Below, in pieces: positions 35,971 through 43,803 of a stretch of DNA of 64,000 nt. The translations under genes and the position numbers were made by a program. Where the stretch lies: assembly GCA_964580055.1 (NCBI GenBank), contig CAZOJI010000013.1, positions 22,018 to 86,017 on the forward strand, in the 5' to 3' direction. Each line of letters opens with the position of its first letter. Position 1 is the first letter of the stretch. The notes below the pieces were generated by a model that was given only the letters and a program-made list of their open reading frames with translations, was not told the origin of the DNA and ran no database searches. The stretch comes from an uncultured Gemmatimonadaceae bacterium. Lineage in GTDB: Bacteria; Gemmatimonadota; Gemmatimonadetes; Gemmatimonadales; GWC2-71-9.

Positions 35971-36819
35971 ATGTCGCAGATCAAACCAACCGAGTTGACG
36001 GCAACTCTTCTCCGCCGCATAGCGCATGCAGTTGATGGCTTTCGGAGCGGCCATCTAGTTTATGTTGTTGTGGACACCAGACGACCATACAGGGTCAAGA
36101 AGATCTTGAGGAAGAAGTCTAGTGATACGGTCGCTCAAGTCGAAAAACGACTCAACGCACTGTGCAGGAAGTCGGGCAGGGGGTACAGGTGGGCTGGGCC
36201 GTACCAAACTTGGCTCGGAACAGACGATCCATGGACAATCGAGTGCCACGAGTTCGATAGCGACCCCTGCTGGGAAGCTACAGTGACGGGGGCCACCATC
36301 AACCCTCCATCGTCCCCCTTGCCCAAGCCAACTGACGTTCAGGAGCTGGTCGTCGAGTGGAAGACGAGGTCGGGCGCAGGCGGTGGCAGAAGGGTATTTC
36401 GGTGGGAGGAGCTTTGCGACCGGAACGTCATCGATCCGGAACACGATGACTACGATCCTGAGTTGGTCCCACACATGGTCGACGCGCTCTTCTTCACTCA
36501 AGCGGCCTCCGACAAATTCCTCATTCCGTACATTGCGCGCGTTCACGGCGTCAGAGCAGCATTTGAGCACCGATCCCGCATGCAGCACGCCGTTGAAGAA
36601 GCGTTCGAGACGCGGGAACGAGACAAGAGAGAAGCAAGAGGTCGCGGGAAAAACGCAAAAGGTATCGAGATTCGGCCCGAGTTGAAGAAGGTCAACAAGC
36701 TGGACAGGGAACGCGGCAGAGCTGTTATGGTCGACCGTTACGGGAACATCATCGACCAGGACGACCTCGATGATTGGGATATACGCGAACCGTCGGATAG
36801 CGCCAAATCAGCCCAATAG
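35971..36819 (+). CDS. hypothetical protein (282 aa), no recognisable domain
   Basis: ATG with GGAGGTAAGG upstream. The composition is protein-like. The C-terminal third is highly charged (ETRERDKREARGRGKNAKGIEIRPELKK...DQDDLDDWD). It is convergent with the kinase gene. Confidence 0.6.
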   Translation: MSQIKPTELTATLLRRIAHAVDGFRSGHLVYVVVDTRRPYRVKKILRKKSSDTVAQVEKRLNALCRKSGRGYRWAGPYQTWLGTDDPWTIECHEFDSDPCWEATVTGATINPPSSPLPKPTDVQELVVEWKTRSGAGGGRRVFRWEELCDRNVIDPEHDDYDPELVPHMVDALFFTQAASDKFLIPYIARVHGVRAAFEHRSRMQHAVEEAFETRERDKREARGRGKNAKGIEIRPELKKVNKLDRERGRAVMVDRYGNIIDQDDLDDWDIREPSDSAKSAQ

Positions 36820-36933
36820 CAAAACCCATGGTTCCGAGCCAAAGAATGGCACTAACTGCGAATGTGGGGCTTGTTTGGCGTCTTTATATTCAATCTGAAT
36901 TGGTGCGTTGTTGATGAATGTCATCCGTGTTAC

Positions 36934-39393
36934 TCAACGAATGTAGGTGATGGCCAAGAACTCGGGATGCTCGTTCAGTGACCGAAACCACGGGTGCTCC
37001 TTTACACGTTGGCGTTCCTGTGGCTTTGCCTGAAGGTATTCAGCGAGCAGTTGAATCGCCCGCGTTGTGTCGCCTAGCAGCAGCTCAAAGTGAGCCTTCT
37101 GAGCCCGCCATGCATCGGGGGGGGCGGGTGCTGCGGAATCTGCCTCGGCAGACCGAATGATGGCCCGGGCCGAGTCGGCAAGACCGGCCCGGGCAGCAAT
37201 CGTCGCAATCAACATCCGGAAGTAGAACCAGCGCTTTCGCAATTCGCCAAGTTCCGGACGCTGCTCCATTGTTCTGAGAATCGCCCAAGCCGCACCGACA
37301 TCATCCGGGCTGTCTCCAGTCCTACCGAGGATATCCAACCTGCACCCCATGAAGAGTGGGTTCGCGGGGTAGTGTATGAGACCGAATTGGCAGTGTCTGG
37401 TCGCCTCTTCGACTTCACCTGCGCGCAAGGCGTCGAACATCATACGGTTTCGAGCTTTCTGTACCTCATCGTGCCAAGTGTCGTGTTCGAGTGCTTCCCG
37501 CGTGGCATTTGCTGCGGCATCGAATCTACCCAGATCCTGGTACGCTGGACTCAAGGCCACCCACGCCCCGGCGAGCGACGGGTCCAAATCCAGCGCTGCC
37601 GTGAGATCCGCGATAACCTCTTCCAACACCGTAATAGGTAGTTCGGCATTGGTCCAATCCCATATTCTGTGCCTCAATCGACCGCGCAGCTCTAGAACAC
37701 GAGCGCGGTCGCGAGAGGCGTCAGGAAGGGAAGCGGCGTGGACCAAACCCTCATCCAGCCAAGCAAGTACAGTTGAGGTATCGACGTCAGCTGCCCCTCC
37801 TACTTCAGCAACGCGCACTCTGTCGTATGCAACCCAACCTTGCTGAAGCGCAGGTTCGTTCCAATCTCGGTCAGCGTCGGTAGCCCGCACCAGCAATGAC
37901 TCTGCCCTTGTCAAGAGGTCGAACGCGAGCCTCGTGCTGTCTCGCCAATCCGCTTGGCGGCGTGCATCTCGACGGAGAATCTGTGCCCTATGGACCGCCT
38001 CCCACGCTTCACTATTTGTTTCTTGGGCCCAGTGGCTAAGCCGCACTTGAACGCCGAGCAACTGTCGTAGCTCACCTGACAGGCGAACCGCTGTGCGTTC
38101 CGATAGCAGTCGTTCGGAGCCGCGAGGTAGTGAGTCCCTCAAAACGTCGCCCATTATCCGTGATGTCTCGGTTTCAACTAACGCCACGTCGACAAACACC
38201 CTGGAATCGCGGTACCTGACCTGACCGTCAACCAGCGTTCCCACCCGCAGGACTCGTGCGGCTTCAGAGAGTCCATAGTTGCGCGGGAAGGCGGCGAAGG
38301 CGTCGGCCGACCTGACACCGAGACCCTGGCCCATGCTGAGTGCCACCGTCAATTCGCGTGCAAGTGCACGAGCGAACCATGCGTTGCCTTCAACTGGGTC
38401 CTCTTCGGTGATTCGCACCGCCAGCTCATTTAGAGGAAACCAGGTAGACCCGTGCCGACTCCCCCACCTGGCCCAACCCTCCGTCGTGCCGTACGCCAGG
38501 GCCGCCGCCATGACCAGGGCGATTGCAGCTTTGAGCAACAGAGGTGTACCTTTTCTCCTACTCGCCGCAATCAACTCATCCGCCAATCTGTTTGCGCTCC
38601 GTTGGCGATCTGCGGGCACTTTGGCAAGAGACCGCAATACAACACTTTCTAATCTCTTGGTTATGGTCGGCCTCACCACGCGCATGGATCTCGGAGCTTC
38701 CGAGATTATCCTCGCGATTAGGGAGCTGGTATCCCTGCCAGTGAAAGGCGTTTCACCAAGTAGCATCTCGTAGACGAGGCAGCCTAGTCCGTAAACATCG
38801 GATCGCGCGTCACCGCGGGACTCGCCCGTGCAGCGTTCCGGACTCATATACGGAATCGTGCCCAGCACTACATCGAATTCGGTCGAAACATCAAACCCGG
38901 CATCATCAACGGCAGTTGCTATCCCAAAATCCGCCAGCATAGGACGGCCTTCATGGAGCAACACGTTTTCGGGTTTTATGTCTCTGTGAACGATACCGTG
39001 CGTATGAGCTGCCTCGAGTGCCGATGCCACTTCAGCCGATATTCGGAGAACCTCATCGATTTCCAGCTGATTTGACTTGTTCAGGAGTCCTCTCAGCGAT
39101 CCGCCCTCCACGTAGGGCATCACGTAATAGAGAAGACCGTCTGCTTCTCCGGAGTCGAGAATGGGCAAGATACCAGGATGGCTGAGCGTGGCGGTGATAT
39201 TGACCTCTCGCAGAAAGCGCGCTGGACCCATAGCCTCAGCGACGCTTGGCTTCAACACCTTTACCGCGACTTTGCGAGGAAACCTACAGTCGTGCGCAAG
39301 GAACACGACAGCCATTCCGCCGCTGCCCAATTCGCACTCAATGTCGTATCGACCGTTGAGGGCGTCCTTGGCGCGATCCAGAAGCTCGTACAT
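36934..39393 (-). CDS. Ser/Thr protein kinase with TM segment, TolB-N-like region and C-terminal TPR-like repeats
   Basis: 819 aa. Kinase motifs present: GSGGMAVV, VAVKVL, HRDIKPENVL, DFGIA, TIPYMSPE. A TM helix occurs around LLLKAAIALVMAAALAY. The C-terminal half is a long helical repeat region. Confidence 0.9.
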   Translation of the reverse strand: MYELLDRAKDALNGRYDIECELGSGGMAVVFLAHDCRFPRKVAVKVLKPSVAEAMGPARFLREVNITATLSHPGILPILDSGEADGLLYYVMPYVEGGSLRGLLNKSNQLEIDEVLRISAEVASALEAAHTHGIVHRDIKPENVLLHEGRPMLADFGIATAVDDAGFDVSTEFDVVLGTIPYMSPERCTGESRGDARSDVYGLGCLVYEMLLGETPFTGRDTSSLIARIISEAPRSMRVVRPTITKRLESVVLRSLAKVPADRQRSANRLADELIAASRRKGTPLLLKAAIALVMAAALAYGTTEGWARWGSRHGSTWFPLNELAVRITEEDPVEGNAWFARALARELTVALSMGQGLGVRSADAFAAFPRNYGLSEAARVLRVGTLVDGQVRYRDSRVFVDVALVETETSRIMGDVLRDSLPRGSERLLSERTAVRLSGELRQLLGVQVRLSHWAQETNSEAWEAVHRAQILRRDARRQADWRDSTRLAFDLLTRAESLLVRATDADRDWNEPALQQGWVAYDRVRVAEVGGAADVDTSTVLAWLDEGLVHAASLPDASRDRARVLELRGRLRHRIWDWTNAELPITVLEEVIADLTAALDLDPSLAGAWVALSPAYQDLGRFDAAANATREALEHDTWHDEVQKARNRMMFDALRAGEVEEATRHCQFGLIHYPANPLFMGCRLDILGRTGDSPDDVGAAWAILRTMEQRPELGELRKRWFYFRMLIATIAARAGLADSARAIIRSAEADSAAPAPPDAWRAQKAHFELLLGDTTRAIQLLAEYLQAKPQERQRVKEHPWFRSLNEHPEFLAITYIR

Positions 39394-39432
39394 TAAAACC
39401 TAAGATGCGGGCAGGTTCGTCCGGGCACCAGT

Positions 39433-39450
39433 AGAATGCGTTCGCATTCT
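39433..39450. promoter_or_regulatory. perfect 8-bp inverted repeat (AGAATGCG tt CGCATTCT) upstream of the kinase gene
   Basis: Read directly from the sequence. It lies about 40 bp upstream of the kinase ATG (39393) and about 130 bp downstream of the membrane-protein stop. It could be an operator or a small hairpin. Confidence 0.25.
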
Positions 39451-39578
39451 GTCGAGGAGGATCTGGGTGAAAAGGAATCCCAATCCAAGCGACACGGTCC
39501 TCACGGCACGGTAAACGGCGCCGTCGTAACCCACGTTCGATAGGGCGCGCCACGGTGTTGTTCAAACACGTGCATTAT

Positions 39579-40328
39579 CTAGTCATTTGGGCAGATCACT
39601 TCGACCTTCTCTAGTAACGTACCAGCATGCATTGCCAATAAGCTGTAGGCGTCACGATCCTTTGAACATGATTTTGACGGAAGAATGAGTCTGATCGATA
39701 ACGCTCCGTCAGAACCGACCACACCACCAGAAATTGCATGGATGCGCGTATTCTCTTCCGAAGCCGCAATTAGCTCAACTCGGCTGAACGGCGTCAAACC
39801 CGTTGCCATGAAGCCAGCTTCAACTGCCCTTGTTGAATCAACTGAGTATGCAAGGCCGTGCTGAACTGACGGTGTCTCAGGCCGAAACCAAGGCACTAAC
39901 GAGAGCGTCGGAACGACGGCAATAGCCGCAATGCTGAGACCGAAGAAGATCACAGATATTCTGAGACCGCCTCTCTGCCGCTCCCGATCCACCGGCGCAC
40001 GTTTCACGCCGGACGACATGGGGACGTTCCAGAGTGCGATTAGCACGCTGACTCCGAGAAGCAACACAGCTATCGCGACCAACCAATCCGCAATGGGAAT
40101 CAGATCCGTGAACAACGCACCCTTTAGCAAAGCGCCGAGGGCCGCGACTGTGCCAATGACCGCTGTCAGAGCTTTTGCTACAGAATCCAGATCAGTAGTC
40201 GGATCCCCGGTAACCGCAGACATTATCTCCGTCTTCTGTGCTTCAGTTATCAAACCGTCACCTAATGCTTTATTCAGGATCTTCTCGAGGGTTCCCGGTT
40301 CGACAACCTTATTGTGAGGGTGCACCAT
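39579..40328 (-). CDS. hypothetical polytopic membrane protein (3 TM) with Cys-containing C-terminal extracytoplasmic domain
   Basis: 249 aa, ATG with AGAGG 5 nt upstream. The soluble N-terminus is ~55 aa. TM helices: ALTAVIGTVAALGALLKGALF, IADWLVAIAVLLLGVSVLIALW, ISVIFFGLSIAAIAVVPTLSLV. A ~110-aa C-terminal domain follows. The region is visibly more AT-rich than the window average. Confidence 0.65.
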   Translation of the reverse strand: MVHPHNKVVEPGTLEKILNKALGDGLITEAQKTEIMSAVTGDPTTDLDSVAKALTAVIGTVAALGALLKGALFTDLIPIADWLVAIAVLLLGVSVLIALWNVPMSSGVKRAPVDRERQRGGLRISVIFFGLSIAAIAVVPTLSLVPWFRPETPSVQHGLAYSVDSTRAVEAGFMATGLTPFSRVELIAASEENTRIHAISGGVVGSDGALSIRLILPSKSCSKDRDAYSLLAMHAGTLLEKVEVICPND

Positions 40329-40494
40329 GTGTACCTCTGTATGGAGGATCAGTGTGCAAATGGCTGTCCCGTCGTCTCCGGCCTAGTTAGGCCTATGAGT
40401 GATCACAAGCAGATTACGTCTGCCTACAGGGCTTTGGCCGAGTTTCATCTTGCGAGAATCCGACAGCGATTGAATGCGCAGCGGCTAATCCCCC

Positions 40495-41250
40495 CTACCG
40501 ATCCGGCACCCTCCCAAACCCCAGCAGCTTCTTCATCCGCTCATGCACATAGTCGAAGCCCTGCACGCGGTTGCTCTTGTTGCCTTCGATAGTGTAGAGC
40601 ATCCCTTCCTTGGCATGATGCACGATACCAATGTGGCCTTTCCATCCGGCGAGCCGCTCGCGCCACCATACCACGATGTCACCAGGTTGCGGGTCGACAT
40701 CGTCTCCCGGCGGAGTCATCCAGCCTTTCTTCTTGAATTGGTTCATGATGTTGCGAGCGCCCAGGCTGTACTCGAAGGGCATTCCACTCTTGTTCTGACT
40801 GTAACACCAGCTCACGAATCCCGCACACCAGGCGCAACCCTCGGGTGCCAGCCCGTTCAAGTACCTGCGAACCCACTTTCCACGATTGTTACCACCGATC
40901 TCGGACGCCTCGGCCCTCAACTCCCCGATCGCAGCCCTCAGGGCGTTCCGACCCCACGTGGTTCCACCAAAGGATTTGTGCGGCATGCGGCTGAAGCTGA
41001 TGACGGGGTTCACGGCGATGACAGCGCGACGATGCCTGAGGCTCCACCAGGTGAGTGGGCCCACCTTGCCGTCGACGACGAGGGGGCGACCGTGCCGGTC
41101 CAGATGCTGTGATTGGAACGCGCGTACCGCGCGTCGAGTCTGCGGCCCGAATACACCATCCACCGATACCGGGAGCTGCCAGTCGTTGAGCAACTCCTGG
41201 AGGGCCTTCACGGATTCTCCCCGATCGCCCTTCTGCAGAACCGGATCCAT
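40495..41250 (-). CDS. peptidoglycan-binding domain plus CHAP/NlpC-P60-type cell-wall hydrolase, no signal peptide
   Basis: The N-terminal part is a PG_binding_1 pattern (KGDRGESVKALQELLN...VDGVFGPQTRRAVRAFQ). The catalytic Cys context is CAWCAGFVSWCY. The His context is PGDIVVWW...GHIGIVHH...TIEGN. No hydrophobic N-terminal segment is present. Confidence 0.8.
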   Translation of the reverse strand: MDPVLQKGDRGESVKALQELLNDWQLPVSVDGVFGPQTRRAVRAFQSQHLDRHGRPLVVDGKVGPLTWWSLRHRRAVIAVNPVISFSRMPHKSFGGTTWGRNALRAAIGELRAEASEIGGNNRGKWVRRYLNGLAPEGCAWCAGFVSWCYSQNKSGMPFEYSLGARNIMNQFKKKGWMTPPGDDVDPQPGDIVVWWRERLAGWKGHIGIVHHAKEGMLYTIEGNKSNRVQGFDYVHERMKKLLGFGRVPDR

Positions 41251-41386
41251 TGTTCGGCCTCGATACGGTTGGAGGAACTGCTAAAGTGCCACCGGCTTGG
41301 AGGTCTGTCCAGGAGTCATCATCCCTCAATCCTCTTCCATGGAATCGATTTGAGGATGACCGCCGTGACTCGACACTGGGAGTTGT

Positions 41387-41839
41387 TCACTGGGTGCGCG
41401 GAATTCGCCAGGATCGGCGCGTTCCTGAGCAACTGTGCCGCGTTCCCTCCAGCATGTCAACAAACTCGTTTGCCGTGGCGGGACGGTCTTTGGGTGTCTT
41501 CTCCAAACCGGCGTGTACAGCCTCTTCCACATACTCGGGCAATTCGGGTCTCACGACGCGCAGGGACGGAGGCGCTGCGCCTCTGTGCTTCCGCAATACG
41601 GCAGCGGCAGAGGGTCCGCTGAACACCGGTTCGCCCATCAACATCTCGTACACCACACACGCCAGCGCGTAGATATCGCTGCCGCCGTCGATCTTGGATA
41701 TGCCGCCGGCCTGCTCGGGGCTCATGTAGTGAGGAGTGCCGACCAGGAGGCCGCTGGAGGAGAGTTTTTCGCCGCCTGACCGGATGATTGCCCGGGCGAC
41801 ACCGAAATCGCAAAGGACCACTCTGTCTTCCATGAACAA
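41387..41839 (-). pseudogene. C-terminal fragment of a Ser/Thr kinase catalytic domain (DFG to subdomain XI only)
   Basis: LFMEDRVVLCDFGVARAI...GTPHYMSPEQ...SDIYALACVVYEMLMGEPVF...KDRPATANEF. An in-frame TAG sits at 41840-41842, directly before the first kinase-like codon. The Gly-loop, VAIK and HRD regions are absent. There is no TM or sensor tail. Confidence 0.7.
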
Positions 41840-41893
41840 CTACCCGGCCGCAAGACGACGGCAACACGCTCCGTGACCGCAAAGCACTGCGTT

Positions 41894-41925
41894 CCGCCCT
41901 ACCGCCCTACCGCCCTACCGTCTTA
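41894..41925. repeat. tandem octamer (CCGCCCTA) x3 plus one degenerate unit (CCGTCTTA)
   Basis: Read directly: ccgcccta ccgcccta ccgcccta ccgtctta. The complement is (TAGGGCGG)n. It lies about 55 bp beyond the truncated 5-prime end of the kinase fragment. Confidence 0.8.
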
Positions 41926-41966
41926 CCTTGCACGCGATCGCCAACATGAGCAGACGAGGAAAACCC

Positions 41967-42443
41967 ATGCGCCACGCCAGTCTGGCACTCATCGCCATAT
42001 GCCTTCTACTCGCATGCTCTCGAGAAGAGACGTCGGTACGCCAACGATTCCTGGCGCAATCGAGTGTTTCGGTGCAATTCGAAAACTGGACTCGCGTCTT
42101 CAATAACATGGATCGGGATTCTCTAGCCTTGATCTATCATCAGGTGCCGGAACTCAGGGTCATTCATTCCGACGGTAGCATGTCACGCGGCTGGACTGAG
42201 GAACGAGATAGACTCAGTGACTTCTTTGGAGGTGTCGAGAGAGTGAACTTGGTGACGGAGGGGCTCGAGACAGAGGTCATTAGCGAGGATCTGGTACTAG
42301 CGACATTCCGTCACGCCCTCGCCATCGAACGGGTGGACGGGCAGCGAGACCCACGGGTGTCGGGTCCGGGTACCATGGTCTGGATCAAGGATCCGGCGGA
42401 TGAGATCTGGAAGATTCATATGGAGCATCTCTCGGCACGCTGA
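41967..42443 (+). CDS. NTF2-like/SnoaL-like (DUF4440-type) lipoprotein
   Basis: ATG at 41967 with GAGGA 6 nt upstream. The lipobox is LLLLACS. The N-terminal part reads W..VFNNMDRDSLALIY and the C-terminal part reads MVWIKD..DEIWKIHMEHLS, typical of DUF4440/SnoaL-like folds. Confidence 0.55.
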   Translation: MRHASLALIAICLLLACSREETSVRQRFLAQSSVSVQFENWTRVFNNMDRDSLALIYHQVPELRVIHSDGSMSRGWTEERDRLSDFFGGVERVNLVTEGLETEVISEDLVLATFRHALAIERVDGQRDPRVSGPGTMVWIKDPADEIWKIHMEHLSAR

Positions 42444-42623
42444 CGTGATTGACGCCGAGATCGTGTGTTCCGGAAGCGGCATGGGAGTGAGTAACGTGCT
42501 CGCAGAAGGCTGGATTGGGAATAATGGTTGAAGAGGAGTATCTGTAACGCGCATCGTTTCCCCGCTTGTCTTATCGCGACTCATACTTTATTGTGTTCCA
42601 ACTTTCCACAGGAGCGCGGTCCG

Positions 42624-43739
42624 GTGTCGGACCTCTTCCTCAGTTCGGACGACTACAGCGAGCGGGCACACAATCTCTACAACGAAGGGCGTTATGACGC
42701 GGCTCTCGAGGTGATCCGAGAGGGTCTCGAACATTTCCCTTTGTCGGTGGATCTTCACGTAGGAGAAGCATACGCGCGCCTTGCGCGCGACGAATTCGCC
42801 TGGGCACGCAGGAGTTTTGCAAGGGCCTTGGACCTCGAGCCCGATCACGAAGAAGCCCTCGCAGGAATGGGCGAGACGCTGCTCCAGTTGGGTCGCCGCG
42901 AATCCGCAACCCGCTGTTTCGACAGAGTGCTGGCTTTGGGCTTTCGCGAAGATCACGATCTGATGCTGCAGATCGGCCGAGCTCTGTTCCGCGAGCGAAT
43001 GGTGGATCACGCGCGAGGTTTCTTCCAACTCGCAGCAGAGAGCCACCCCAACTCTTCCGAGGCAGTGGCCTGTCTCGGTTACGCGTTGCACAGAACCAGC
43101 GAGGAAGATGCGGCGTTGTATTGGTTGCGGCGGTCACTCGACTTGGACCCGTCGCACGCAGAAGCACGCATCTACCTTGGAAACCTTCTCTATGATCGCG
43201 GCGAGTATGAAGCAGCGTTGCTGCACTTCGAGCGCACCGAACCGGGCGACCACGTGGATGAACTGGCAGTGTGGCGCCTCATCGAACTCAAGAAGTCGAT
43301 CTACGGCCTGCAGCCCACCGATCCGGAAATCGCTCCATGGTCGACTCAACTGGCTGCGCTGGCTGAAGAGATGGACACCATCGAGTTGCTTCTAGCGGAG
43401 GTGGAGGCTGCGCAACCCGACGGCACATTCCGCGACCCGCGCCAGCTGGAGTTGTTCGGGACTTTGCTAGTTGAGCTGCAAGGTATGCAACGACGCTCTG
43501 CGGGAGAAAAACACCGTGTCAGAACGGCAACCGGTATCTCGTACTCCGGCACATGGGATGAGATAGTACTTCAGATGAAGATGGACGATCGTGAGTTGTC
43601 GGAGACTTCCGTGAAGCAATACATGGCACGAGCTTCGCTGCGCAGTCACACGGAGACGGGGGTCGTCATTCCGGTGAGCGATCCCGAGAGCTTCGTGCGG
43701 GGAGCGGCCACCGCCGGCGTCTTGATGATCATATCCTGA
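42624..43739 (+). CDS. tetratricopeptide repeat protein
   Basis: The likely start is GTG at 42624 (AGGAG 9 nt upstream) within track ORF 42528..43739. There are several TPR units (AHNLYNEGRYDAALEVIREGL, ARRSFARALDLEPDHEEAL, ALYWLRRSLDLDPSHAEARIYLGNLLYDRGEYEAAL). Confidence 0.75.
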   Translation: MSDLFLSSDDYSERAHNLYNEGRYDAALEVIREGLEHFPLSVDLHVGEAYARLARDEFAWARRSFARALDLEPDHEEALAGMGETLLQLGRRESATRCFDRVLALGFREDHDLMLQIGRALFRERMVDHARGFFQLAAESHPNSSEAVACLGYALHRTSEEDAALYWLRRSLDLDPSHAEARIYLGNLLYDRGEYEAALLHFERTEPGDHVDELAVWRLIELKKSIYGLQPTDPEIAPWSTQLAALAEEMDTIELLLAEVEAAQPDGTFRDPRQLELFGTLLVELQGMQRRSAGEKHRVRTATGISYSGTWDEIVLQMKMDDRELSETSVKQYMARASLRSHTETGVVIPVSDPESFVRGAATAGVLMIIS

Positions 43740-43803
43740 CTGCGGTCACCGCCGCTCCGCTCGACCCCACCGATGTTGCCGAGCCTCAACCGCTGAGTCC
43801 ACA

